A stretch of 62,295 bases of DNA from NCBI GenBank assembly GCA_012862495.1, contig BLSG01000240.1:191893-254187 (forward strand), read 5' to 3'. Below, piece after piece: positions 11,805 through 25,409 of this stretch. Within the stretch, counting starts at the first letter, position 1; every line of letters starts with the position of its first letter. Origin of the DNA: Thraustochytrium aureum. Its lineage: Eukaryota. The notes under the pieces were generated by a model, which made no database searches, was not told where the DNA came from, and worked only from the letters and a program-made list of their open reading frames with translations. The position numbers and the translations under genes are program-made.

Positions 11805-13157
11805 GACTCTTTCGCACGAGCCCCTCAAAGTGTTGGCGGCGCGCCCCAACCGAGCTCGTGCCGTGCGACCGCCTTTCCTGCGGCCCCAACGACTGCGCGT
11901 TTCAGCTGCAACGTACGCACAGCCTGCTCTTCAGCACCGCCGCAGCGCGACCTGTTCTGCTCTGCCCGCTCTCCCACACGCGCGCGCACGCACGCACGTA
12001 CGCCCGTCAAAACAAACAAAAACACGACGGCTGCACCCAGGTCCCAATCACCGGAACCCGGCGCAACCCCCGGTCACCTTGCCGCCCCCTCGCCACTCCC
12101 AGCCGTGGGCTCACTCGCGCCCCGTCCGCCTCTCCAACCTTTTTCTAATACACCTTCCCGTTCTGCCCAGGTATCTACCCGCAAAAGGCGGATCGCAAAG
12201 TGCGCGGCAGTGAGGTGCGCGCATCAGCGAGCTGCTCTCTTGTTCTTCCCATGCGCACACACAAGACCTGTGGAAAGAACAGAAAGAACAGCAAAGCAAG
12301 GAGGACCAGGAGGTGCAACCGCGGGGCAGAGCGGCGCGCGCTGCGTTGTCCCCGGCGGCTCTGCGCGGCGGGCAGAGCTGGGGTCCGAGTGGGCGCGAGC
12401 GAGGGCTCGAGGGCTCGAAGGACGGCGCGAGCGAGCAAGCAAGCGACAGTGAGGGAGGGAGGGAAGGANNNNNNNNNNNNNNNNNNNNNNNNNNNNNNNN
12501 NNNNNNNNNNNNNNNNNNNNNNNNNNNNNNNNNNNNNNNNNNNNNNNNNNNNNNNNNNNNNNNNNNNNNNNNNNNNNNNNNNNNNNNNNNNNNNNNNNNN
12601 NNNNNNNNNNNNNNNNNNNNNNNNNNNNNNNNNNNNNNNNNNNNNNNNNNNNNNNNNNNNNNNNNNNNNNNNNNNNNNNNNNNNNNNNNNNNNNNNNNNN
12701 NNNNNNNNNNNNNNNNNNNNNNNNNNNNNNNNNNNNNNNNNNNNNNNNNNNNNNNNNNNNNNNNNNNNNNNNNNNNNNNNNNNNNNNNNNNNNNNNNNNN
12801 NNNNNNNNNNNNNNNNNNNNNNNNNNNNNNNNNNNNNNNNNNNNNNNNNNNNNNNNNNNNNNNNNNNNNNNNNNNNNNNNNNNNNNNNNNNNNNNNNNNN
12901 NNNNNNNNNNNNNNNNNNNNNNNNNNNNNNNNNNNNNNNNNNNNNNNNNNNNNNNNNNNNNNNNNNNNNNNNNNNNNNNNNNNNNNNNNNNNNNNNNNNN
13001 NNNNNNNNNNNNNNNNNNNNNNNNNNNNNNNNNNNNNNNNNNNNNNNNNNNNNNNNNNNNNNNNNNNNNNNNNNNNNNNNNNNNNNNNNNNNNNNNNNNN
13101 NNNNNNNNNNNNNNNNNNNNNNNNNNNNNNNNNNNNNNNNNNNNNNCGCTGCAGAAA

Positions 13158-15828
13158 ATGCTCGTCGGCCTGAGCAAGCTCAAAGAAGCCGTTGCCGCGG
13201 GCTCGCACTCCCCTGCCATCGCAGCAAGCCGGGGAGGCGCTGCGGGGCTCTGGGAGAGCGCCATTGCAGACGAGCTCGACGCCGATTTGCAAGCTGCCGA
13301 CGCAGACCCGGCGCTCGTTCAGCTCTCAAGGTTCCTAAGCGTGCGCGGGGCGCGCGTGCGATGGACGAGCCACCGGCCGGGCGAGCCCTGGGGAACAGAC
13401 GCCGAGATCGACGCCATGTGGCGCGCATTTTGCTGGACCATCAGGAGGGGTTCCTGGGTCTCGCGCCCTTCGAATGCGACTCGCGCGCGTCACGTATAGA
13501 TTTGTGTCCCTGCTTACGTCCCTGCTCTCGACCGTGTTTCCCCACGCTTTTGACCCTGCCGTCCAGGTCTTCTTGCGCTCGGAAGATGAGGGGGGGAAAG
13601 ACACCAAGTTAGATGAGGTTGAGAGCCCCTCGTCCGTCGAGAGCCCTGCCAACAGCGCGCACCGAAAGCCGATGGGCTCAGGTAGCGCACCCGCCCGGGC
13701 GGTGCCAGTGCCAGCGGCGCCGGCTTCCAACGACTCGTACAATGAGCCTTCGGGGCTTTCAGGCCGGCACCGGCAACTCGGATCGCCCTCCGGACCGAAC
13801 CGCTACGCAGAAGACGAAGACGATCTGAGCTCGGGGTCGTTCGAGGATGCCCTTGAAGGGGACGAAGCTTTCGTGACCGCCTCGAGCAGCCGCATGGCGC
13901 TGGATAGCGTTTCAGGCAGCGACCTGGACTTGACGTCGGGCCCAGCAATGAGCGCGCCCTGGCCTCTGCGCTCCCCATTCGAGTGGGGCGACGCCGACGA
14001 GCAGGCCGACGTAAGCAGCGAGGTTGATTCGAACATGTCGCCGGGGGCCTTTTCGAGCGACAGCGAGACAGGGCGGATCGACGGCGCGTTTTACATCGAG
14101 GCGTTCAGGCTCTTCCAGGCAGAGAAGGTGCAGGTTTTCGGACACACTGCAGAGGAGGCCGCTGCGCTTTGGAACACCAGCACGAACCACGAAAGGCGCG
14201 TCTACGTCGACATGGCCCGCGCGATGCCGACCCGCTCGCGGGAGGCCCACGAGGGCGCCAGCGCCCCCCGCGATTGGGCGCAAGGTCCCGCCGGCCGTGC
14301 CATCCTCCTCCCAGAGCATGCAGAGCGGCTGTACCGCGCAGCCGCTGCGGAGCCGCCCGCGCAACCGGATTACCTGGAAAACCTCGACACCTGCAAGTAC
14401 GAGGCCTACTCAGTGGACGCGGTGATTGAGCAGATCCTGGCCAACAGGTACTTGTCAGGGGACGACGACCTGCGCCCAGTGCAGTCTTTCGCCTGGGACA
14501 AGGCGCGCCACGGGCCGCACTTTGCCTCGCAAGACGCCAAGGCGAATCCGGGCAGCTCGGAAATCGCGCCAACGCCGCTCCGCCAAGGGGTCTTGCACTT
14601 CCAGACCGGCTCGCACTCGCTCCAACGAAGCGCTTTCCTCTTCGTTCTCGACTCGGCGACTTCCGAGCTCCGGCGTCACGCGCTCGACACGGGCCAGCGA
14701 ATAGAGGCCCTTTGCTTAAGTGGGGGCGAGGATTGGGTCAACCATTGCGGAGGCGCTGCCCTTGGCCTCCGCGTCGCGCCCGTCGAGCGCCTCGTCGGGG
14801 GTCTTGCACAAGTTTGTCGCCATTCCTGCTCGTGGTGAGCCCTGGATTTTGTTCGCAGACTCTGCTGAATTGCTCGAGGGCTGGGCGCGGGATATTGGCT
14901 TTGCGATCGCCGAAGAAGCCGTGCGAAGTGCGTCTGCAGGATTTGGCGCGCGCTCGAGCCCTCTAGAGTCTGGCGCGAGCCGCGTGTCGCCCAGATCGCT
15001 CGGCTCGGCGATCCGCTCTAGCCCCGCTCTTGTCAGCCCGTCCAGCTTTTTCGATTTGGAAGTGAGCCCCGGGCAAGCCGCTGTGGCAGCGCCTCGTCGC
15101 GCTGAGGTGCAATCTCAAACGCGTACGGGCGTCGCAGCGAATGCTGTTCCGGGAGAGGGAGCCGCGCATGGTTCAGTCGTGGGAGCGGCTGCGCATGGCG
15201 TGCCAGTTGCTGTTTCTGGAGGTGCAGCGAACGGCATTGCATCGGGCGAGGTCGAGCGCGGCGCTCCAGCGAGGCCCGCTCAGCCAACGGTTCGCGTGAG
15301 GCGGTCCTCAAAAGGCAGTGCGGACGTGGCGCGGCAAAGGCCGCCGCATCTTGCTTGGAGCACGAACCACTTCGTGCCGACGCCCCTCGGAAGCTTACGC
15401 CACCCACGCGTGGAGCGCCCCCGCCACCGTCGGACTCGGACAGCGAGGGGCAAGATGTGGAGGAGGTGCATACGTGGGTCGACGCTGCTGAAGCACAAGA
15501 GCGGTCGGAAATCCCAGCAAACCGTGAAATCGGGGCTGGGGTTGCACAGAGTGTGGACCCGGTGCAAAGCGGCGCACTGGTCCCCTCGCCCGCGCAACTT
15601 GATGTCCTGCCTGAGCAGGAATCCGCAGATAGGGCTCCGGACAAGCTGGAGGCGAGCAAGTTCGCAGACTCCGACGAGGATTGCAGCAGCGACGACGACG
15701 AGCAGCTTCGCCAGCTCGCCGTGGCTGCTTCGCTGCTTCGCAAGGTCGTGGAAAGCGGCGCTCTTGACGGGCGGGACCGCTCGAGCGCAGATCTGAGCCG
15801 CCCCGCTAGCGCGAGCGAGCTCCTCTGA
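13158..15828 (+). CDS. Hypothetical low-complexity protein containing a probable PH domain; spread over 4 overlapping ORFs
   Basis: LRQGVLHFQTG...FLFVLDS (13474 ORF) continues after a G-run shift near 14720 into HKFVAIPARGEPWILFADSAELLEGWARDI, a PH-like terminal strand and helix with the conserved Trp. Confidence 0.5.
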
Positions 15829-16435
15829 GAATTGCGCCGCGCGCTGGCGGAAAAGCAGGGCCGTCTGCGTCTTGGCGGTCAAGTGCTCTANNNNNNNNNN
15901 NNNNNNNNNNNNNNNNNNNNNNNNNNNNNNNNNNNNNNNNNNNNNNNNNNNNNNNNNNNNNNNNNNNNNNNNNNNNNTGCCTATCGAGGCCTCGAAGGCG
16001 GTCGAGGTCGAGCAGGCGAGTGGGCAAGTAGGAGTGCCGCACTCGCTCACCGTAGCGTGTACAACAAACAAATGTACTCTAAGGTGCGGATTTGCTGGAT
16101 GGTTGAGTCAATTGCGAATTTCTGATTCATCTTGGCTCGTTCGCGGGCGGGGCGCTTGCGCCAACTTGGCGAACAGGCTCTACCTCGCAATGGGCGGTGG
16201 TGCGGTGCGCCTTGCGTGAGGCGGCGCTGAAATTTAGCTGCAGTATTCCCTCGCTTCGATTGAAGCGACTAGTCGTACTGCAGGGCAGGGGCCGGGTGGG
16301 GTCGTGTGCAGCGGGCGTGGCGACAAAGTGCGACTGCGCTGTGGCTGGCTGGCCCAGTCCGAGCCCGTCCGTGGCTCGGCACGGACGGGGCAGGGCCGAG
16401 CGATCTATCTACAGGCAGCACGATGCAATCGCAGC

Positions 16436-18488
16436 TCAGGTGGACTGGTCCGCTTGCGACGGTTGCCGAAAGATGGGGCTCAGCACGGACGAGCCTGGCA
16501 GTGCGGCGTTCAAACTAGCGAGCGTGGACGAGTCGAGCTGGAAAAACATAGAGTCCGGGAACAGCGGGTCGTCCAGCTGGTCGATCTTCTTGATCTCTGC
16601 TGCCGTCGGGGTTGGGAACGAGTGGTGAAGCGGGGTTGGGCAGCCGAGCATCTGGCCACCATGCCGCGGCGTCGGCGAGAAGATCGAGGGGTTGATCCCG
16701 TGAAAGCCCGGAATCATATTGAGCATCTCACCAATAGGTGTGGTACCATTTCCGCCAAACACCGTCGGTGTTCCGCCAGACATCGTCCACGTGGACGGGT
16801 CAAGGCTGCACTGTACGCGAAGGTCGCGAGGCTTGCCCTTGGACATGGACCGTGGTGCGCCATCATCCGAGCCCTGAAACGACTCGGCCGAGCCCTGAAG
16901 GCCCCCCTTCTTGATAAAGTCTGTGAGGCGGGCCCAGACCATGCTCACGGAGAGGTTTGTCTGCGACGCGAGGGCCTCGTCGATGATCGAGAGCAGGCGG
17001 TCGTGCAGGTTGGTTGCATCAGTCTCTGAGAGTTGGTGCTCCGTAAATTGCTTGCGCTTGCTAAGCTCTGCTTTGAAGGTGTCAGGATCAAGCAAGTTGT
17101 TGACGGCCTTTGAAAGCCGCGAACCGGAGCGCTTTTGGCGCTTTTTGGTGTTTTTCGCAGCGGCGCCCTCCTTGGCAACTTCTGCGAGGAGTTTGCCCAG
17201 CGGCCGTTTATGCGTTGCCGTGGCAGTCTTGTTGATGACGTTGGTGTTCCCATGGCTGCCGCAATTCTCGCCCCCAGCGAGGTCGCGGGCCACGGCCATA
17301 GCCTTGGTTTTCCTGNNNNNNNNNNNNNNNNNNNNNNNNNNNNNNNNNNNNNNNNNNNNNNNNNNNNNNNNNNNNNNNNNNNNNNNNNNNNNNNNNNNNN
17401 NNNNNNNNNNNNNNNNNNNNNNNNNNNNNNNNNNNNNNNNNNNNNNNNNNNNNNNNNNNNNNNNNNNNNNNNNNNNNNNNNNNNNNNNNNNNNNNNNNNN
17501 NNNNNNNNNNNNNNNNNNNNNNNNNNNNNNNNNNNNNNNNNNNNNNNNNNNNNNNNNNNNNNNNNNNNNNNNNNNNNNNNNNNNNTCCCTTGCGTTTGTC
17601 TGCGTCTTCGCCCTCTTCCGCTGCATCTGTTTGAGTTGCTGCTGCTGCTGAAGCTTGGCGAGAAGGCCCGTGGTGGACGAGGACGTCTTGGCCGCAGGCT
17701 GGAGCGGCCCGCTCGAGTGCGACGCGCTTCCAAACGACTGGGAGATGTCCACCTTTTGCTCTTGATAGCGCCGGATCTTTTCGCGTGCCGCGATGACCGA
17801 GTTGCGGTTTGAGGGCTGCTCGACGAGGATGACCTCAGGGGGCAGGCGGACGTTGTTGCGGGAGAGCTTTTGCGGGGTTTTGGCTGCTGCCACGGCGGCT
17901 TGGATCGGTGTCGGGGCCTTGATGACTGGCACTGGCGTCCCTTGCTTGCTGCGCTTCTGCTGGTACTTGCGGCGCATCGCCGAGTTCCAGCGGTTCTTGA
18001 CGGCGTTCTCCGAGCGGCCCGGGAGCACCTTGGCGATCTCGCACCAGCGGTTGCCAAGCTTTTCTTGGTACTCTACGAGGATGCGGTCCTCCTCCTCGGT
18101 CCAGCCGCCCTTCTTGATGCTGGGGTCAGGTGGTTGAACCAGCGCTCGCGGCACTGCTTGCCGATGCGGCCCGGGATCAGCGTGGCGATCTCGGACCACT
18201 TGGTCACGCCCGACTTGATGGCCTCCATGATCGTGTCGTCCTCTTCTTTGGTCCATGGGCCCTTGATGAGGCCCGGCTTGAGCACCTTTTGCCAGCGATG
18301 GAGGCATTGCACATCGCTGCGTTCCCGCCGAGGTACTCTGTCGAGATGCGCTTCCAGTTCCTGGCCCCGATGTTGTCGACCGCCGTCTTGAGCAGAATGT
18401 CTTCCTCCTTGGTCCACTTGCCGCAGTCGCGCCCATCGTCTGACGCCGACCGGCTCTCCTCCTTCACGGGCGACGTTGCAGTTGCCAT
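16436..18488 (-). CDS. R1R2R3 (3R) Myb transcription factor; frameshifts near 18325 and 18125, one internal gap
   Basis: Three Myb repeats: GKWTKEED...WKRI...RSDVQCLHRWQKVL; KGPWTKEED...WSEIA..PGRIGKQCRERWFNHL; KKGGWTEEED...GNRWCEIAKVLPGRSENAVKNRWNS. Confidence 0.92.
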
Positions 18489-19865
18489 GCTGGCTCCAGC
18501 GCGCGCCTGCTTCGTGCTCCGGCGCGTCCCGCTCCGTCAAGGTCGCGCGAGGCCCGCGCTCGTCTGCTTTTCGTTCGAGGCGAGAGTGCCCGAACGCCTT
18601 GCCCAGGTGTTGCTGTCGCGCTGCGCCGCGCTCGACGTCAGCCGTTCCCGTCTTGCAAACGGCGTTTCACCGCGAAGTCGCCCGAGCTCGAGCTCGTCCC
18701 GTGCCGGGTCTGGATCCGCGCGCTGCCGGTGGTCGAAGGTTGCGAGGGTGGGTCGGGTCGTTGTGTCCCGTGGCACGCTGCCGCCGTCCGGTTGAGAGGT
18801 TTTGGGCTGCTGCTGATGTTGATGCCGCTGCAATGCTCCCAGCGCCCGCCCCTCTTGCCTCTCCAGCGCACGCGTTCTGAGAGGCTGTTGTTTCGCAGAG
18901 TGGGCGACGGTTTACACGAGTTGCCGCTGAAAAGTGCAGGTGGTTGGCCCAACGCAGAGGGCTACGCTCGCTTCGGCCTTCTTTCTTCCTCTTCAGCGGA
19001 GCCAGGCAGACGACTCTCGAAGCTGCCTGACTCTCCGCAGGCACGCCAGCTCTCGCTTGCGTCTTGCTTGTCAGGCAGACCTGGCAGGCGCAGTTGGCTG
19101 TTTTCGGCAACGGCCAGTCCTGGCAAGAGAGCGAGTGCAGGAGTGCGTTTTGCGAAAGCCCGCAAGGGGCTCTCTCTCCCGCTCTCCGTGGCCTGCCTGC
19201 CTGGCCGTGCCTTTCCTTTCAACAAGGCCTCGGCCGGCGCGCCTTGCAGCGGCAACGCGCGCTGTCGCCTCCTCACTGGCCGCGCTCGTGCAATGCGCGC
19301 TTTCGCAAAGTTTTCAGTTGCCTCTGGCTACTGGTCGGGCACTATTCTCGACGCCGTGGAACAGTATGATTTCAGTAGCGGCGGCGAGACCCTGTTCGAG
19401 GTCCTGCCTCGCTCCTGACGGCCGCCGAGCGAGCTTGTTCTACTAGCGAGTAGAGATCGGGCTTGCTCGGGAGCTGGCTGGCCTGCCCTGGGCTGCGCCG
19501 CGATGAGGATGCAGGGGTAGGCAGAGCAATCAGCATTCCTCCTCATCCGCTTCCGAGTCCTCCATTCTTTCTGCCCTTCCGCGACCGCCTTGCCTTGCAC
19601 GGGCTGTCCAGGAGCTCGCTGTTTCGGTCGGCAACACGCAGTGAGAATGGCCGACGCGAGGTCGCCGTCAGAGAACCGCTTGTTTGCTGTGCTGTGCTGG
19701 TCCTCTAGCTAGCTAGCCGGAGCTCTGGCGTAGCAAAGCTGGCTGGAGCTGGAGTGCGGCTGGTCAGTTGACGCGACGGCACGACGAAGGTCGTAAATGC
19801 CACCTAGCGTTGCTCGGCGGTCAATTCATACTCTCGCAAGCGGGAAGGCGGCGACGAACGGAGGA

Positions 19866-19868
<3 letters not shown>

Positions 19869-19896
<28 letters not shown>
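19869..19896 (+). repeat. (GGCT)7 microsatellite
   Basis: Directly visible in intergenic sequence. Confidence 0.9.
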
Positions 19897-20778
19897 CCTG
19901 GCACGACTCAAACGTAAACGGCCTTGGGAGTGGTCGCTATGCGTTGCTCCGACGCACAGTGGGTGTTCGGTGTCAGAGACGCGGGCCGGCAGGCAAAGCC
20001 CCTGCAGCCCCCCAAGCGACTGCTGCACAAGGAGCATGGTCTCACAAGCGAAGCGAGAAAGGCAGAGCCCGCTCATTGATTCCCGCAGCGCAAGCAAATT
20101 GGCCCCCTTCTCTGACCCACGATTTGTGCGTTACTTTTTACGAAATACGCGCACAGATTTCTTGCCCCCGCGCAAAGCACATGCGCAATTCTACGGCGTT
20201 GGAAAAGAAACCAGTGAGAAATCTCGAACTAGAATCGTCGACGAAACCGTCATTTCCAACCGACGCCGTCCCATTCCGTGCAAGAACTCCAAGAACAGCA
20301 GCGGACGGAGGCCGGCTTGGACGAGCAGCCACATCGGTCAGCCACATCGCGGCTCCTCCGAGTGCCTTGTCTTTGCTCTGCACTGCAGGACTCACTTACC
20401 TACTCGGCGGTATGCACTGCACTCTACTCGCTCTACCTACTCACGAAGTACGTACGGGAGTACATGATACCCAACAACACCGAAGGCCAGCCTATCATCA
20501 CGAACATCGAGGACGGACGAGGTCGCCCAGGCAGCAACACCTTTCTGATTCATGTGTCGCGCAACGAGACTCCCAAGGCGTTTGGTTGCGTTTTGGTCAG
20601 AAATGATGTAGGGGTATGCAAAGGCGAGGCTGCGGCATCATGGGGGCGCGCCTTGGCCGCTCAAGGGCGGCGGCTGCGACTTCTCCAGACTCGCGCTCTC
20701 AAGCACAGCTGCGGCAGCTGGCGACGCGGCGTCGAATGTGCGGAGGCTCGAACGTGGCCTTGCAAAGTCAGGCACGGC

Positions 20779-23282
20779 TTAGTTCTGCTCAGCGAGCTCC
20801 TCGACAGTGGGGCAAGAGCAGATCAAGTTGCGGTCTCCAGCGACGTTGTCGACGCGACCGACGGTGGGCCAGACCTTGGACTGGTTGTCGATGCTTGGCA
20901 CCGGGAAGGCGGCCTTCTTGCGCGAGTATGGGTAAGGCCACTCGTCCGAGGCGATCATCTCGGAGGTGTGCGGCGCGTTCTTGAGCACATTGTTCTCCGG
21001 ATGCGCCGTGCCATCGATGATCTCCTGGATCTCATCGGCGATGGAGAGGAAGGCCTCCACGAGGCGGTCGCACTCCTCCTTGGACTCGGACTCGGTGGGC
21101 TCCACCATGAGGCTGTAGTGCACAGGCCAGCTGGTGGTCGGGGCGTGGAAGCCGTAGTCGCAGAGGCGCTTGGCCACGTCGGTCTCGGTGAGGCCGTGCT
21201 TCTTGAGGTAGCTAAAGTCCATGATGAACTCGTGCGCGCACTGGCCGTTGTGGCCGCGGTAGAGGATCTTGAAGCGCGTTTCGAGGCGCTTGGCGATGTA
21301 GTTGGCGTTGAGCATGGCAACGCGCGACGTGTCCAGCATGCCCTGGTCGCCCATCATGCGGATAAACATCCAAGGGATGGGCAGCACACCGGCGCTTCCA
21401 AAGGGAGCCGCGGCCACGGCCCCGTTCGTCTTGGCGACTGTGTTTACGCCCTCACCGCCCTGCGGATGGACCACGTGGCCCGGCAGAAAGGGCGCGAGGT
21501 GCTTGGCAACGCCGATCGAGCCGACGCCCGGTCCGCCACCCCCGTGCGGGATCGCAAACGTTTTATGCAGGTTGAGGTGGCACACATCGGCCCCGNNNNN
21601 NNNNNNNNNNNNNNNNNNNNNNNNNNNNNNNNNNNNNNNNNNNNNNNNNNNNNNNNNNNNNNNNNNNNNNNNNNNNNNNNNNNNNNNNNNNNNNNNNNNN
21701 NNNNNNNNNNNNNNNNNNNNNNNNNNNNNNNNNNNNNNNNNNNNNNNNNNNNNNNNNNNNNNNNNNNNNNNNNNNNNNNNNNNNNNNNNNNNNNNNNNNN
21801 NNNNNNNNNNNNNNNNNNNNNNNNNNNNNNNNNNNNNNNNNNNNNNNNNNNNNNNNNNNNNNNNNNNNNNCCATGTAGACCTGGCCGCCATGCTCGTGAA
21901 TCAGCTCGCAGATCTTTTCAACGCCGACCTCGTACTTGCCGTACGTGGACGGGTACGTGATCATGAACGCGCTCAAGTTGGCCGAGTGCTTGGCCACCTT
22001 CTCGTGAAGGTCCTCCAAGTCGACGTTGCCCTCGCTGTCGTTCTTGACACCGACGACCTTCATGCCGCACATCACCGCGCTCGCCGGGTTGGTGCCGTGC
22101 GCCGAGTTGGGGATCAGGCACACGTTGCGGTGGCCCTGGCCGTTCGCCTCGTGGTAGGCCTTGATGCAGAGCAATCCGGCATACTCGCCAGTGGCGCCCG
22201 AGTTGGGCTGGGTGGAGACTGCTGCGAACCCGGTCAGGGAGGCCAGCCACCCGTTGAGCGAGGTGATCATCTCACGGTAACCCTCGGCCTGGTCCGGCGG
22301 GCAGAACGGGTGCATGTTGGCAAACTCGGGCCAGCTCACCGGCATCAGCTCGCTGGCAGCATTGAGCTTCATCGTGCACGAGCCGAGCGGGATCATGCTC
22401 TCCCGCAGCGACACGTCGCGGCGCTCCAGCGCGCTCAGGTAGCGGAGCAGCTTGGTCTCCGACCGGTACTTGCGGAACACCGGGTGCGGCATGAACGCGG
22501 TCGCGCGCGGGCTGCTGAGGAGCGAGGACTCGGTCGGCGCGTGGAACGCCTCCAGGGCGGCCGCAGCGTCCGACCCAGACGCGCCCCGGCCCGTGGCCAT
22601 GGCGCGAATCAGGCTCTCGACGGCGGCCACGTCGGTGGTCTCGTCGACCGACACGCCGAAGGACGTCTCGGAGACAACGCGCAAGTTGATGCCCTCGGCG
22701 AGCGCGGCCGACACGATGGCACCTGCTTGCGCCGTCTCAAAGATGAGCGTATCGAAAAAGTTGTCCGAGTGCTTGGCCTCAATGCCGAGCTTCTGCGCGG
22801 CGCGCAGCACGCCCTGGGCCGTGCCGTGCACGCCCTTGGCGATCTCCAACAGACCTTCAGGGCCGTGGTAGAGGGCGTAGGCCGCAGCGACGTTGGCGAG
22901 GAGGGCCTGGGCTGTGCAAATGTTGGAGGTCGCCTTCTCGCGGCGGATAAACTGCTCGCGCGTCTGCAGGGCCATGCGCAGAGCGCGGTTGCCTTGCGAA
23001 TCGACCGACACGCCGATGAGGCGGCCTGGCATGAGACGCTTGAGGTCGTCCTTGGTGGCCATGTACCCGGCGTGGGGCCCGCCGTAGAACATGGGCACGC
23101 CGAGGCGCTGGGCGGATCCGACAACAATGTCGGCCCCAAACTCCCCGGGCGGCTTGATCATCGTGCACGCTAGGAGGTCGGTGGCGACGACCAGGCGGGC
23201 GTTGGACGCGTGGAGAGCATCGGCGAGCGGGCCGTAGTCCGATCCAACAGAGCCGAACGTGTTCGGGTACTGGACCAGCGCA
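20779..23282 (-). CDS. GLDC: Glycine decarboxylase P protein (glycine cleavage system); N-terminus in gap 23283-23904
   Basis: [71 protein letters not shown]-lysine motif [23 protein letters not shown]. Confidence 0.97.
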
Positions 23283-25409
23283 NNNNNNNNNNNNNNNNNN
23301 NNNNNNNNNNNNNNNNNNNNNNNNNNNNNNNNNNNNNNNNNNNNNNNNNNNNNNNNNNNNNNNNNNNNNNNNNNNNNNNNNNNNNNNNNNNNNNNNNNNN
23401 NNNNNNNNNNNNNNNNNNNNNNNNNNNNNNNNNNNNNNNNNNNNNNNNNNNNNNNNNNNNNNNNNNNNNNNNNNNNNNNNNNNNNNNNNNNNNNNNNNNN
23501 NNNNNNNNNNNNNNNNNNNNNNNNNNNNNNNNNNNNNNNNNNNNNNNNNNNNNNNNNNNNNNNNNNNNNNNNNNNNNNNNNNNNNNNNNNNNNNNNNNNN
23601 NNNNNNNNNNNNNNNNNNNNNNNNNNNNNNNNNNNNNNNNNNNNNNNNNNNNNNNNNNNNNNNNNNNNNNNNNNNNNNNNNNNNNNNNNNNNNNNNNNNN
23701 NNNNNNNNNNNNNNNNNNNNNNNNNNNNNNNNNNNNNNNNNNNNNNNNNNNNNNNNNNNNNNNNNNNNNNNNNNNNNNNNNNNNNNNNNNNNNNNNNNNN
23801 NNNNNNNNNNNNNNNNNNNNNNNNNNNNNNNNNNNNNNNNNNNNNNNNNNNNNNNNNNNNNNNNNNNNNNNNNNNNNNNNNNNNNNNNNNNNNNNNNNNN
23901 NNNNACGCCTCCCGGCCTCCTCGCGCTGGCCCCAGCCAGCCGGCCGTGCAGCTCGCCCAGCCGCCCACTTCACTTACCGATTCAACAGCCTCGTCGTCTG
24001 TGCGTCTTGCGCGCGGCTCCTCGGCCACTCCAGGAGCGGCTCTGCTGCGGCGCCTCGACCGGCTCGGTTGACGCACGGGCGCCTGGCACTCCTGTCGCTT
24101 TGTGACTCGACTCCTCTGCCGCCTCTACCTGCCGCCTCCTTGCGAGACGCAATTGCCCTCAGAGCAGAACAGCACTGCGTATCGTCGTGCGGATCTTGCA
24201 CGCGTTGAGCTGCGCGGCAGAGAGCGTCGTCGCGAGGAAACCGCTGTTGTGCCTCGCTCGTGGGCGGCAAAATTGTGCTCCGTTGCAGGCAGCTGGTGAA
24301 GTGAGACAGTGAGAGAGGCTCTGGGCGGCTCGACAGACGCGGCCAAGCTGTTCTATGGCGCCCAGTTCGGAGGAACTCGCGCGCATGTCCCGCCAGCCAT
24401 CCCCTCACGCGCGCAGGGAGATGAGTGCGCCAGCCCAAATGGTGGATGCAGGCCAGCAGGACAGGTCTTTTCCGATCAGGAGAGCGCTGCCTTCGCGCAG
24501 TCGTTGTGCGTCACGCCAATCACGCAATCATGCCGTAAGTACTTACTTGGCATCCGTTCCGAGTTGAGCAAAAAGTACTCACCCCCGTGGCCTGCCAGCC
24601 AGCGCCTTCGTTCGCCGACAACGCGGTCGGTCAGGTGACATGACACACGCGGTGCGACCGCCAAAGGCCCTTGTTCGCAACCAACTTGTCGCAGCGGAGG
24701 CTGAGGAATTTTTTCGTTCACGCCAGGACAAAGTTGAAAACGATGAGGATGATGAGGATGAGGATGAGGATGAGGAGCGAGCGCATCATGCCGGCGGCCT
24801 GATCGGCCACGCGCGTGGCGGTCAACCACCCCCAGCCCGGTGATAGGCAGCTGCCTGCCCAGGCCACCACCACGGTCCTCAGCACCACCATCGCCGCCCT
24901 TCCCACACCTCACCTCCACCACCCCCTTGGTCGCCGCCAAGACATCCGTTNNNNNNNNNNNNNNNNNNNNNNNNNNNNNNNNNNNNNNNNNNNNNNNNNN
25001 NNNNNNNNNNNNNNNNNNNNNNNNNNNNNNNNNNNNNNNNNNNNNNNNNNNNNNNNNNNNNNNNNNNNNNNNNNNNNNNNNNNNNNNNNNNNNNNNNNNN
25101 NNNNNNNNNNNNNNNNNNNNNNNNNNNNNNNNNNNNNNNNNNNNNNNNNNNNNNNNNNNNNNNNNNGAGCGAGGCGGTTGCGTCCGGCGAGCGCAGCAGT
25201 AGACGCGCAAGTGCGGCGCGAGAGCGGTGCAGGGCAGGCGCGGAAGACCGTCTTGTGCGGCTGGCGCTCGGCGCTCGGCGCAAGCGGTTCTCGCGCGAGG
25301 CCTGGCGAGAGGACGCTGCAGGGCTCGCCCTCAGGTGCCACAAGGGGCTGCGTGCTACACCGGACGGACGGACGGACGGGCCGGGACGGGGCGCAGCGGA
25401 GCGCGCGAG

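Noticed and set aside
10303..12213. 636-aa plus-strand ORF and similar long antisense ORFs (e.g. 20278..21960, 21302..23173, 29476..30711, 37383..38894)
   Set aside because: They are shadow ORFs opposite well-supported genes, expected from GC-rich codon bias, and carry no recognisable motifs.
18540..20770. Short ORFs or an RNA gene in the Myb-GLDC intergenic region
   Set aside because: No coding bias, conserved motif or tRNA/rRNA-like structure was recognisable; only microsatellites.
24640..24950. Acidic ORF with (GAGGAT)n as a dynein 5' exon
   Set aside because: Short, ends in a stop, is separated by a gap, and shows no splice evidence.
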